A stretch of DNA of 64,000 nt from an uncultured bacterium (GCA_903839725.1 CAIMDG010000002.1:1078-65077); one strand, 5' to 3'; counted from the stretch's first letter, positions 1 through 9,581 are shown. Notes: generated by a model from the letters alone, not told the origin. Numbers and translations: made by a program.

Positions 1-96
1 CTCCCATTAGCTGTTCCTTCCAACTTATAGGATTCATTTCATGAATTCGGGAATTGCTGTTTCAAAAAAACAAACAAAGCAACCATAAAAAGCTGA

Positions 97-933
97 ATGA
101 AAAAACCCAAATGGATCAGTGTCGGCGGTGGACCGAACTGTGGCAAAACTACGGCGCTCAGGCTCCTGCAAAAGGCATCAATCTACGTGCATGGATTTGT
201 CTACGCGGACATATCTGATGACATCATCAAATTTCATCGCGATCCTCTGAACCAGTCACCTTTCAAAGAAGCCTTCGACAGCGTCGAGCATCTCCGGAAA
301 ATCGGCAAATTGCTGAGCAATGACCTTGTCTATGAGGCGCTGCTGTATTATCTGGACATTCGGAAATCGGCTATCGAAGCCGAGGACGGACATGTCCGTC
401 AAATCACACTTTCTGGATTTGGTCGCACATTCCCCCAAAAGGGGAAGATTTTGGAACAAGACCCTGAAGCTCGCTTTTTCCACATCACCTGCACCCGTGC
501 GATTGCCAACCAAAATCGCCTCGGGCGTATCAAGCGTGGTGAACCGCGTCCTGACGACCTCGACGAAAAGATCTTCAACGAACGTTGGGATAATTTCGAC
601 GAGAATGGTCTCAAAGTCCTTGAATCCTGCGAAGCAGAATACAAGGAGCTCGGCCGGTTCAATTCGGCACCGTTCATGAATTCACTCCGTAGCAAGGCCC
701 TGGCTCTGATGCGGACAATGAATCTGACCACTGCAGAACGTATCTCAATTCGCGGTCAGCTTTGTAATCCCAATTCAGAAGCTGGAAAATACATCACCGA
801 GATCGAAGGTGGCAGCAAACCCGCTCACCCGACTCGCCTGGCTCCAGCTGAAGGACACGACAAGGCGCGCACCGCGACCGTCAATATCCCAGCCGGCGCG
901 GACGCAAAAGTCCCCGCTCGCATGGCGACCTGA
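97..933 (+). CDS. P-loop nucleoside-monophosphate kinase (adenylate-kinase-like) with C-terminal extension
   Basis: ATG at 97. Walker A GGGPNCGKTT at the N-terminus. GFGRTFPQ (NMP-binding GFPRT-like) and RIKRGEPRPDDLDEKIFNERW (LID-like R..DD motif) resemble the adenylate kinase family. Coding GC is visibly higher than in most neighbouring genes. Confidence 0.5.
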   Translation: MKKPKWISVGGGPNCGKTTALRLLQKASIYVHGFVYADISDDIIKFHRDPLNQSPFKEAFDSVEHLRKIGKLLSNDLVYEALLYYLDIRKSAIEAEDGHVRQITLSGFGRTFPQKGKILEQDPEARFFHITCTRAIANQNRLGRIKRGEPRPDDLDEKIFNERWDNFDENGLKVLESCEAEYKELGRFNSAPFMNSLRSKALALMRTMNLTTAERISIRGQLCNPNSEAGKYITEIEGGSKPAHPTRLAPAEGHDKARTATVNIPAGADAKVPARMAT

Positions 934-1035
934 TCGCTTCTCGATCCTTAGAACAATAGCCCCACCGACCACCATATCGGCGGGGCTTTCTTTATTCCTA
1001 GTAAGATTACATTACTGAAAATGTAGGAAGCTCAC

Positions 1036-1153
1036 AGCCACAGGGGTGGCACATACTCATTTTCCTCAGAAGTTTGTAAACATTGGGGTACGCGGTGTAA
1101 TGTACATGTCTCTAAACTTCTGAGGAAAATGAGTATGTGCCACCCCTGTGGCT
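1036..1153. repeat. Palindromic element copy 1: 39-bp perfect inverted repeat (1036-1074 / 1115-1153) around a 40-nt conserved core
   Basis: The reverse complement of agccacaggggtggcacatactcattttcctcagaagtt equals aacttctgaggaaaatgagtatgtgccacccctgtggct exactly. The core is tgtaaacattggggtacgcggtgtaatgtacatgtctcta. A weaker outer inverted repeat (gtaagattacattac / gtaatgtaatcttaac) lies at about 1000-1192. Confidence 0.85.
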
Positions 1154-1256
1154 ACAGACTTTGACAAAATGCCTCATGTAATGTAATCTTAACGTTCCTT
1201 ATATACATTCATATATTCAGGTTTTATCAATTAAAAGCCCCAATTAAAGCTATTCT

Positions 1257-3044
1257 ATGGATATTCGAAACATCGCCATCATCGCACACGTGGACCACGG
1301 CAAGACCACACTCACCGACGCTATCATGACCCAATGCGGGCATGGTGATGAAGGATCCATGGACTCAAACGCTCTCGAACAAGAACGTGGTATTACTATT
1401 TACGCAAAGAATACATCGATCAACTACAAAGGTACCAAGATCAACATTGTGGATACTCCGGGTCACGCGGACTTCGGCTCAGAAGTTGAACGCGTGCTTC
1501 GCTCAATCGATACCGTTCTTCTCGTCGTTGATGCACAAGAAGGTCCGATGCCTCAGACTCGTTTCGTGCTCAAGAAATCTCTCGAACTTGGTCTCAAACC
1601 AATCGTCATTTTGAATAAGATCGACAAGCCTGCTGCAAACCCGGCTCGTGCACATGATGAAGTCCTCGAACTCTTCATGGAACTTGGTGCGAATGATGAA
1701 CAGCTCAACTTTCCTACTATTTATGCTATTGGTCGCCAAGGAGTTGCCATGAAAACACTCACTGAAACTCCGAAGGATCTCACTCCTCTTCTCGACATGA
1801 TCATCGAGCACGTCACCCCTGCAAACAAAAGTGCAACAGCACCTCTTACTGCACAAGTATTCAACCTCGGCTATGACAACTTCCTTGGTCGTCTCGCTAT
1901 TTGTCGTGTCTATGAAGGAACAATCAAAGATGGTCAGCAAGTGTTCGTAAAAGATATTCATGGCAAGACATTCACCGGAAAAATCACCAAACTCTTTACG
2001 TTCGAAGGTAAAAAGCGTGTTGAAATTCCACAAGCAGAGTCAGGAGATATTGTGACTGTTGCAGGAATCCCTGATATCTATATCGGAGAAACTATCGCTG
2101 ACAATGAAGCAACAGTCGCTCTTCCTGCTATTACTGTTGATGAACCAACTATTTCCCTCCAATTCCTCGTTAACAATTCACCATTCGCAGGACGTGAAGG
2201 TACGTTCGTCACTGGTCGTCAGATCCGCGAACGTCTCGAGAAGGAACTTGAAACAAACGTTGGTCTCAAAGTCGATTTTTCATCAAATGAATATTTCACC
2301 GTCTTCGGACGTGGAGAACTTCACATCGCTATTCTTTTGGAAAATATGCGTCGTGAAGGATATGAAGTTCAGATTTCTCAACCAAAAGTTATCATTCGTG
2401 AAGAGAACGGTGTGAAGCATGAACCATTCGAGGAAGTTATTATCGATACCCCTCAGGAAACATCAGGTGTTATCATCGAAAAGCTCGGTAAGCGCAAAGG
2501 TATTATGAGTAATATGACCACCCACGGAAACCAAGTCCGTATGGTTTTCGAAATACCAACTCGTGGTCTTCTTGGATATAAAAATATATTTACTATCGAT
2601 ACCAAGGGTGAAGGTATCATGTCGAGTCGCGTAGTCGGATTCAAGCCATACGCCGGCGAAATCGAGAAACGTGAAAGTGGTTCTATGACCTCGATGGAAT
2701 CTGGTAGAACATTTGGTTTCTCACTCTGGAATCTCCAAGACCGTGGTCGTCTCTATATTGGTCCAGCTATTGAAGTATATGAGGGTATGGTTATCGGTGA
2801 CACATCAAAGGGTGACGATCTCGACGTGAATCCATGTAAAGCAAAGGCTATGAGTAATATGCGTTCTTCTGGTAAGGATGAAGCTCTCATGCTTGTCCCA
2901 CCATTCGAACTTACTATCGAACGTGGTATCGAACTCATGCGTGATGACGAGTATCTCGAAATCACCCCTATCAATGTCCGTTTGCGTAGAAAATTCCTCA
3001 CGGAATTGGACAGAGCAAAATCACGAAGAACAGATTTGAAATAA
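1257..3044 (+). CDS. typA: Translational GTPase TypA/BipA
   Basis: N-terminus IRNIAIIAHVDHGKTTLTDAIM and DTPGHADFGSEVER G-domain motifs. Length 595 aa with an EF-G-like domain order typical of BipA. Confidence 0.9.
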   Translation: MDIRNIAIIAHVDHGKTTLTDAIMTQCGHGDEGSMDSNALEQERGITIYAKNTSINYKGTKINIVDTPGHADFGSEVERVLRSIDTVLLVVDAQEGPMPQTRFVLKKSLELGLKPIVILNKIDKPAANPARAHDEVLELFMELGANDEQLNFPTIYAIGRQGVAMKTLTETPKDLTPLLDMIIEHVTPANKSATAPLTAQVFNLGYDNFLGRLAICRVYEGTIKDGQQVFVKDIHGKTFTGKITKLFTFEGKKRVEIPQAESGDIVTVAGIPDIYIGETIADNEATVALPAITVDEPTISLQFLVNNSPFAGREGTFVTGRQIRERLEKELETNVGLKVDFSSNEYFTVFGRGELHIAILLENMRREGYEVQISQPKVIIREENGVKHEPFEEVIIDTPQETSGVIIEKLGKRKGIMSNMTTHGNQVRMVFEIPTRGLLGYKNIFTIDTKGEGIMSSRVVGFKPYAGEIEKRESGSMTSMESGRTFGFSLWNLQDRGRLYIGPAIEVYEGMVIGDTSKGDDLDVNPCKAKAMSNMRSSGKDEALMLVPPFELTIERGIELMRDDEYLEITPINVRLRRKFLTELDRAKSRRTDLK

Positions 3045-3056
3045 TATAGATCAATC

Positions 3057-3084
3057 AAAAACCCGACACTTTGTCGGGTTTTTG
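3057..3084 (+). terminator. Rho-independent terminator downstream of typA
   Basis: aaaaacccgacactttgtcgggtttttg: GC stem, small loop, flanking A and T tracts. Confidence 0.7.
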
Positions 3085-3234
3085 ATGTTTAAATCAAGAC
3101 AAACCTTAGTGAATACATTTAATATAATATTACAAATCTAAAAGGATATTTTGGTTTTATAAAACTAAACAACCAACAGGAATTAATTTGGATAAATAAT
3201 ACTCCAAATAAACTATCAATGACTATCAAAATTA

Positions 3235-4617
3235 TCAATTCCCCGTTGTGGTAATATGCAACTTCCAGCTCTCCAAATTACCTTCAGGACCACCACTGGC
3301 CCAGTCTCTAATCCATAAAAACCATATTCCGTTCGGTGATTTTCCATTAAATATTGATAGGTCATCTACAGGATGATATGTACCCGTAACAGGACTTATC
3401 AGTGGTGAATTTTGAATATTTACTTGGGCTGTATCCGCAAGTGTAACATCAAAACCTGCAATGTTATCGAGCATTTTCAAAACATCTCCATGATCTACAC
3501 CAAACAATCGCTGTCTAAGTGATGCAGGATAAGACCATGCCCCGAATATCACCTGTTGGACCTGATCTGGACTAAATAAAATCGCTTCTAAATCTCCATT
3601 AATACCTCCGTTAATTTTAACATCAACAGTCATATTTGATACAACACCAGATAGTCCGCTGACATTTAATTGATAAACATTGTACCTCCCATTAGGAATG
3701 ATTCCGCCACTAGAACTACTGAATACCATTGGTACCGGGTCTGCAACTGTCACCGTCACACCAAGTGTTTGTGTTTGTGCTGATCCGCCATTTCCAGTGA
3801 CTGTCGCAGTAACATTATATGTACCCGCCGCACTGTATGTATGAGTGAATGTGACTGGAGTTGTAATAGTATTTTGTGTACCTGTTGTTGTATCTCCCCA
3901 ATCGATAGAATACGTGAGCGAATCAGCATTTGGGTTTGAAACAGTTACTACCCATGTACCACCAGTAACAGTGGTAAGTGTACCTGGACCAGTGAAACTG
4001 CTTATTGTGGGTGCCGTAACAAACGTTTCTCCTGGATACCCATCACCAGAATATGATGAATAATTTGCATCACCGATCGGAATAGTTATAACTGTAGGAT
4101 TGTCTAGCGGATTAAGTGACTTGAGTTCACTTACATAATCAAAAGAAGCAGTTGGGGTGATTGCTACAGTAGTATCATTAGCTCCCGGAGTTACACCTGT
4201 CGAAGGTGCAGTTACGTAGGTGTATTCAAGACCACTTGTATTGATCATGTCGACAGGGATATGAGAGATGTATCCACCATCTACGAGAGGTTTGAGGACA
4301 CCTAGACCTAAATCAGGAACACCGTTTGCATTTGTAATACCTCTACATACAAATGAAGTTGTTCCGCTGATGATTTGAGGAGTACAACCTGCTACATTTT
4401 GCGCACCTGCTGGAACACCACCATGATCATTTGCGTATAAAGCCAACGCATTACGAACCTGAAGCGCATTTGAATTTCGCACAGAATCACGACCACTTGC
4501 TTGAGCAGCTCTAACTCCCACCAAAATCACTGAGGCAAGTGAGGCGATGATCGAGATGACGACCATGATTTCGATGAGGGTGAATCCTTTATTTTTGTAA
4601 TCTATAGCATGAATCAT
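3235..4617 (-). CDS. Type IV pilin-like protein with PKD-like repeat and C-terminal proprotein-convertase P-domain-like region
   Basis: N-terminal prepilin cleavage/methylation motif KGFTLIEIMVVISIIASLA. YSIDWGDTTTG PKD-like signature. C-terminal ...GDLEAILFSPDQV...GIWFLWIRDW...NLESWKLHI resembles a P-domain. Confidence 0.8.
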   Translation of the reverse strand: MIHAIDYKNKGFTLIEIMVVISIIASLASVILVGVRAAQASGRDSVRNSNALQVRNALALYANDHGGVPAGAQNVAGCTPQIISGTTSFVCRGITNANGVPDLGLGVLKPLVDGGYISHIPVDMINTSGLEYTYVTAPSTGVTPGANDTTVAITPTASFDYVSELKSLNPLDNPTVITIPIGDANYSSYSGDGYPGETFVTAPTISSFTGPGTLTTVTGGTWVVTVSNPNADSLTYSIDWGDTTTGTQNTITTPVTFTHTYSAAGTYNVTATVTGNGGSAQTQTLGVTVTVADPVPMVFSSSSGGIIPNGRYNVYQLNVSGLSGVVSNMTVDVKINGGINGDLEAILFSPDQVQQVIFGAWSYPASLRQRLFGVDHGDVLKMLDNIAGFDVTLADTAQVNIQNSPLISPVTGTYHPVDDLSIFNGKSPNGIWFLWIRDWASGGPEGNLESWKLHITTTGN

Positions 4618-4655
4618 ATGGTTTTATATATAAACCCGTACAACAAATGTGTTTC

Positions 4656-6170
4656 TTAACGTACACATCGAGCATATCTCAAATTATATTTATCATATGT
4701 TTCTATTTGTGGTGAACAACTAGTGGTTGAGAGCATCGGTACTCCATTTGCCCCCATAGACCACGATTTAGAACATGCCCATGCAAAACCACTTCTTCCT
4801 GAAAATTCTTCACTCGTCCAATACGGTGCAGTTTGTGTTGCTGATAACATTTTTGGTTGTACCAATGAGCCATCTTGCAGACCAGTCTGAAGCTCAGCTC
4901 GTGTAGGTAAATGCCATCCCGTCGTACCTCCACTACTTACACCAAAATTTGGGTCCGAACAAGTGCTTAAAGCATAATTCCATGAAGCAGAATTATACTG
5001 ACTAAAATCATATATAGACCACTTCGGTGCAAAGTACGCAACAACTGTTCGTGGAACACTCATGTCAACAACACACGTAGGATTGGTACCGGAAGAAGCA
5101 CAGTCACCTGCCCATCCATCAAAGAGACTAGCGTATGATGTTGATGCTGTAAGAGTAACTGATCCTGAGATTGTCGCCGAACAAGGATACTTGGATCCAA
5201 AAGAACCACTATTTTGACAATTGATACCACCGACCGAACTCGTAATAGTTCCGCCACCACCAAGTGATGAATAAGCTCCAGGACCTGGGAAACTAGGTAA
5301 ACCTGTCGTACTCACAGTAAGTAATTGTGTAACCGGCGCCGTCACAACTGTCTGCGTTGAAGCTGAAATCTGAGAATTAGACCCTGTCAAAGTCACGACA
5401 ATAGTGTAAGTACCCGCAGCTGCATATGCATGATAGGCATCAAACTTTGTACTTGATGATATAAGAAGATCACTTGTTGAATCTCCCCAATCATACGAAT
5501 ATGTCAGTGTAATCCCTGCTGGATTACGAACACTTGCAGTCCATGTTCCAGAAACACCAGACAAGATGGTAGAAGGTCCAGTAAAACCAGTGATTCCTGG
5601 TTGGATAACAATATTCGCAATTGGATATCCTCCATTTGGATACAATGCGGTGTTTTCTTCACCAATATATGTTGGAACAATCACAGGATCAGTAACCGGA
5701 TCAGCAGACTTGAACTCACTAACATAGTTGAATTCAGCTGTTGGTGTGATTGCTACAGTTGTACCGTTAGCTCCTGGGGTTACACCTGTTGTTGGTGCAG
5801 TTACGTAGGTATATTCAAGGCCATTGGTATTGATCATGTCGACAGGAATATGAGAGATGTATCCACCATCTACGAGAGGTTTGAGAACACCTGATTCCAA
5901 ATCACCTTTACATACATATGAAGTTGTTCCACCGATAGTCTGAGCATTACAACCTGCTACACCAGCACCTGATGGTACACCGCCATGGTCTGTTGCATAC
6001 AAAGCGAGTGCATTACGTACTTGCAAAGCACTTGATTGACGTGCAGAATCACGACCACTTGCTTGAGCAGCTCTGACTCCCACCAAAATCACTGAGGCAA
6101 GTGAGGCAATAATCGAGATAACAACCATAATTTCGATGAGGGTGAATCCGGTACGTAATGTGTGCTTCAT
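4656..6170 (-). CDS. Type IV pilin-like protein paralog with PKD-like repeat and C-terminal DUF1566/Lcl-like domain
   Basis: N-terminus TGFTLIEIMVVISIIASLASVILVGVRAAQASGRD is nearly identical to the neighbouring gene for about 165 aa. YSYDWGDSTS PKD-like. C-terminal WHLPTRAELQTGLQDGS...YWTSEEF is DUF1566-like. Confidence 0.8.
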   Translation of the reverse strand: MKHTLRTGFTLIEIMVVISIIASLASVILVGVRAAQASGRDSARQSSALQVRNALALYATDHGGVPSGAGVAGCNAQTIGGTTSYVCKGDLESGVLKPLVDGGYISHIPVDMINTNGLEYTYVTAPTTGVTPGANGTTVAITPTAEFNYVSEFKSADPVTDPVIVPTYIGEENTALYPNGGYPIANIVIQPGITGFTGPSTILSGVSGTWTASVRNPAGITLTYSYDWGDSTSDLLISSSTKFDAYHAYAAAGTYTIVVTLTGSNSQISASTQTVVTAPVTQLLTVSTTGLPSFPGPGAYSSLGGGGTITSSVGGINCQNSGSFGSKYPCSATISGSVTLTASTSYASLFDGWAGDCASSGTNPTCVVDMSVPRTVVAYFAPKWSIYDFSQYNSASWNYALSTCSDPNFGVSSGGTTGWHLPTRAELQTGLQDGSLVQPKMLSATQTAPYWTSEEFSGRSGFAWACSKSWSMGANGVPMLSTTSCSPQIETYDKYNLRYARCVR

Positions 6171-6201
6171 ATTATATTAATATTAAAAAAATAATGAATA
6201 A

Positions 6202-6405
6202 TTATACATTCAAGAATGACCAAATTTCACGCATAAACATAATATTGTATATAGCAAGAATAAGACATCCGACAATTATGACAAAAAGAAGGAGTATCGC
6301 TTCCCATTCTTTCTTAACAAAACCTCTTTCGAGTAACCAGGTTATAATTCGAGGAGGTGTACTACTGGGAGTGAAGCGGCCATACAGTATGTGTTTGTGT
6401 TTCAT
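6202..6405 (-). CDS. Small hypothetical membrane protein
   Basis: 67-aa ORF with one hydrophobic helix, ending 32 nt upstream of the pilin gene start, in an AT-rich region. Weak support. Confidence 0.25.
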   Translation of the reverse strand: MKHKHILYGRFTPSSTPPRIITWLLERGFVKKEWEAILLLFVIIVGCLILAIYNIMFMREIWSFLNV

Positions 6406-6503
6406 AATATAAAAAGGAGCGATGTATTGTTAATGAATCAATTATACCGTTATTGAACGCCATAAAGAAAGTGGGATATCCACTACTAACTTTCAGCTCA
6501 AAA

Positions 6504-7256
6504 TTATATTCCCGATGTAGGCAGATATACCTTCGTCCTCTTGATATTCAAAGCAAAAGCTCCAACTTTCAAGTCGGCACCAATTCTATGTACCAAAGAA
6601 CGCATATAGGTACCGCTCGAACATTTCACTCGAATAGTTATTCGTGGCCAAGACTCTCCTTTTTCGACAAGGGTAGACCTTGAAAATACCTCTTCCCACC
6701 TTCTTTTAATTTCTTCCTGACGGAAATCACCATGTACCAAAGCAATATTACTGAAAATACGTTGCTTCAATTCTAGACTTAAAATGTTTGAAGCTTTTCC
6801 GACTTGTACAATAGAATATATTTCAACTTCCTTTGTTGGCATTTCATCTGGCAACTCATTATTGCGAGCACGTTCGTGAAGTTGAATCCCATCAACCGTC
6901 TTCGATGAATACGCCGGATATTCTTGTAAAAATCGTCCAACATACTTTGAAAAATCTACAGTATTCAAATCATGTACCAATCTCTCATCTCGAACATCCG
7001 TAACTAGTCCCAATGCATCATATGTATCTGTAGAAATGCCACATACTATTTCAACTTCATATTCTTTGTCTAAACCAAGATATTTCTCTTTTTGTTTACA
7101 TTCCTCACCAATCAATATCAGTAATTCCCCTTCCGCCAAAGGATCGAGTCGACCAGCATATGTCATCGGAATACCTTCCAAATCAGGTCGTGTGGCACGA
7201 AAACGCTCCAATGCTTCAAGGGGTGTCTCACCGATGTTCTTGTAGATACTAACCAT
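6504..7256 (-). CDS. truB: tRNA pseudouridine(55) synthase TruB
   Basis: GRLDPLAEGELLILIGEECK ... GISTDTYDALG motifs of TruB. Start chosen at the internal ATG (MVSIYKNIGETPLEALERFR), not the longest ORF (7298), to avoid overlap with divergent hisS. Confidence 0.75.
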   Translation of the reverse strand: MVSIYKNIGETPLEALERFRATRPDLEGIPMTYAGRLDPLAEGELLILIGEECKQKEKYLGLDKEYEVEIVCGISTDTYDALGLVTDVRDERLVHDLNTVDFSKYVGRFLQEYPAYSSKTVDGIQLHERARNNELPDEMPTKEVEIYSIVQVGKASNILSLELKQRIFSNIALVHGDFRQEEIKRRWEEVFSRSTLVEKGESWPRITIRVKCSSGTYMRSLVHRIGADLKVGAFALNIKRTKVYLPTSGI

Positions 7257-7289
7257 CTTTTCTTGTTTACCATTCATATATTGGCTACA

Positions 7290-8597
7290 ATGTATCACAT
7301 GAGCTTACACAAACCCAAGAAACTTTCTACTGACGCTTACAAAGGCGTGCGTGATTTTTTTCCTACAGAAATGGCTGTTGAAAAAAAGATATTTGATATC
7401 TGGCGTACTACTGTCGAAACCTATGGCTATGAAGAGTACGGTGCTTCTGTTCTCGAACCAGCTGAACTCTATCGTGCAAAGTCTGGTGAAGAGATAGTGA
7501 ATGAACAAACATATACATTCACTGATCGTGGAGATCGTGAAGTCACACTTCGTCCCGAAATGACCCCAACTCTTGCGCGTATGGTAGCAGCCAAGAAACG
7601 CGAACTCGTTTTTCCTCTTCGTTGGTATTCGATTCCGAACTTATTCCGCTATGAACAACCTCAGCGTGGACGTGTCCGTGAACACTGGCAATTGAATGTC
7701 GACATATTCGGCGTCGAATCTATCAATGCTGAAATTGAAACCATCAATATTGCATGCGATATCACTCGAGCATATGGTCTCAAGGATACTGATTTTGAAG
7801 TACGTCTCAACAATCGCAAGGTCATGAATTATGTGACACGTGATGTGTATGGCTTGAATGAGGACGCAGCTCACAAACTTTCGAAACTGATAGACAAAAA
7901 AGACAAAATCAAACCTGAAGCATTCGAAATGGGTGCAACAGAACTTCTTGGTGATAAAGCACAGTCATTCTTGACTCTTCTCAACTCAAAGAACTTCGAA
8001 GATTTCACTTCAAATCTTCCTCAAACAAAGGAGGAGCATGTAGGACTTGCTGAGATTCGATCAGTTATTGATGGTCTCGAAAAACTTGGTATTACCAATG
8101 TGCGCTTTGATCAGACACTTATGCGTGGTTTTGACTACTACACAGGTGTTGTATTCGAAGTATTTGATCTCAACCCGATCAATCGTCGCGCAGTCTTCGG
8201 TGGTGGTCGTTATGATGACCTCCTTTCCCTTTTCGGTAATGGAAAAGTGTCTGCGGTTGGTTTTGGAACCGGTGACGTGATTGCTCGGGATCTCATGGAA
8301 ACATACAATACGGTACCAAGCTCAACCCCATCAGCTGATATTGCCCTCATTATTATTGGTGAGCAAAACACTCCTTTTGCTCTCGACCTTGCACAAACTC
8401 TTCGATCAAAGAAGATTCGCACGGTAGTGGACCTCTCCAACAAAAAGATTAGTGACCAAATAAAAAATGCTGACAAGCGTTCTATTCTGCGCATTATCTG
8501 TATTGGCGATGAAGAAGTAAAAACTGGAAAACTCAGAGTCAAGAATATGAGTACGGGTGAAGAGATTGTATGTACTGAAGAAACAATATCACTCTAA
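7290..8597 (+). CDS. hisS: Histidine--tRNA ligase
   Basis: KGVRDFFPTEMA ... TLRPEMTPTLARM ... FRYEQPQRGR ... GGGRYDDL class II aaRS motifs plus a C-terminal anticodon-binding domain. First in-frame ATG used; the ORF-track start at 7263 is TTG. Confidence 0.85.
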   Translation: MYHMSLHKPKKLSTDAYKGVRDFFPTEMAVEKKIFDIWRTTVETYGYEEYGASVLEPAELYRAKSGEEIVNEQTYTFTDRGDREVTLRPEMTPTLARMVAAKKRELVFPLRWYSIPNLFRYEQPQRGRVREHWQLNVDIFGVESINAEIETINIACDITRAYGLKDTDFEVRLNNRKVMNYVTRDVYGLNEDAAHKLSKLIDKKDKIKPEAFEMGATELLGDKAQSFLTLLNSKNFEDFTSNLPQTKEEHVGLAEIRSVIDGLEKLGITNVRFDQTLMRGFDYYTGVVFEVFDLNPINRRAVFGGGRYDDLLSLFGNGKVSAVGFGTGDVIARDLMETYNTVPSSTPSADIALIIIGEQNTPFALDLAQTLRSKKIRTVVDLSNKKISDQIKNADKRSILRIICIGDEEVKTGKLRVKNMSTGEEIVCTEETISL

Positions 8598-8729
8598 TTG
8601 AGTCATACCGGCCTCCGCCGGTATCCAGAATTACTAACATTATATTCTGTTTGTACTTCTGGACCCCGACCTTCGTCGGGGTGACACGCTTCATGCTATA
8701 ATTCAAGCACTATACATTAATATATATCT

Positions 8730-9581
8730 ATGGAACCAAAACCAACCAATCCACTCGTAAATCTTCCTGGTGCAATCATCATCGCTGCAGCCATCATTGC
8801 AATCGCCATCATCTGGGCAAAGCAACCTATTCCAAAACCAGTTGTTGCCGAACCTGCTGCCACAAATAAAAACATTGTCACTCTTTCACCGGTCAAAACT
8901 ACTGAACATGTTCTCGGCAATCCAGCAGCAGCTATTGTATTTGTTGAATTCTCGGACCCATCATGCCCATACTGCAAAAACTTTAACCCAACAATGGAGG
9001 ACGTTATAACAAAATATGGAGCAACGGGAGATGTTGCATGGGTCTATCGCCATTATCCACTTGATAAACCTGATGCAAATGGAAATGTTCTTCATGCCAA
9101 CTCAGGACAACAAGCAGAAGCACTCGAGTGTTCTGCATCACTCGGTGGTAATGCAAAATTCTGGGAATTTGAAAAAGCATGGTATGCATCTATCCCTCTC
9201 GATGGTGCTGGAAGATCAAGTACAGTAGACAAACAAGAGATTCTCAAAGTTGCAAAAAATGTTGGTCTCGACACTGTTGCTTTCAACGACTGTATCGCAA
9301 ACAATCGCTTCAAAGATGTTATTGATGCAAACTTCCTTGATGGTGTAAATGCAGGGGTTAATGGTACACCTTCAAGTTTCCTTGTTCTCAGTAAGCCAGC
9401 TGGTGCTTTTGTCGAAAAGTTCATCTCAAGTGCTACACTCCAATATCGTTTGAGTGCCGATCTACTCACACTGAGTGGTGACAAAAAAATTATCTCTATG
9501 AATGGAGCAATGCCTGCACCACTCGTTAAAAGTTTGATAGAAGCAATTCTTACAGAAAGAAAGGCTTCTGTTACTCAGTAA
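8730..9581 (+). CDS. Membrane-anchored DsbA-family thiol:disulfide oxidoreductase
   Basis: N-terminal TM helix, then FVEFSDPSCPYCKNF (thioredoxin-fold CxxC active site). DsbA-like length. Confidence 0.7.
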   Translation: MEPKPTNPLVNLPGAIIIAAAIIAIAIIWAKQPIPKPVVAEPAATNKNIVTLSPVKTTEHVLGNPAAAIVFVEFSDPSCPYCKNFNPTMEDVITKYGATGDVAWVYRHYPLDKPDANGNVLHANSGQQAEALECSASLGGNAKFWEFEKAWYASIPLDGAGRSSTVDKQEILKVAKNVGLDTVAFNDCIANNRFKDVIDANFLDGVNAGVNGTPSSFLVLSKPAGAFVEKFISSATLQYRLSADLLTLSGDKKIISMNGAMPAPLVKSLIEAILTERKASVTQ

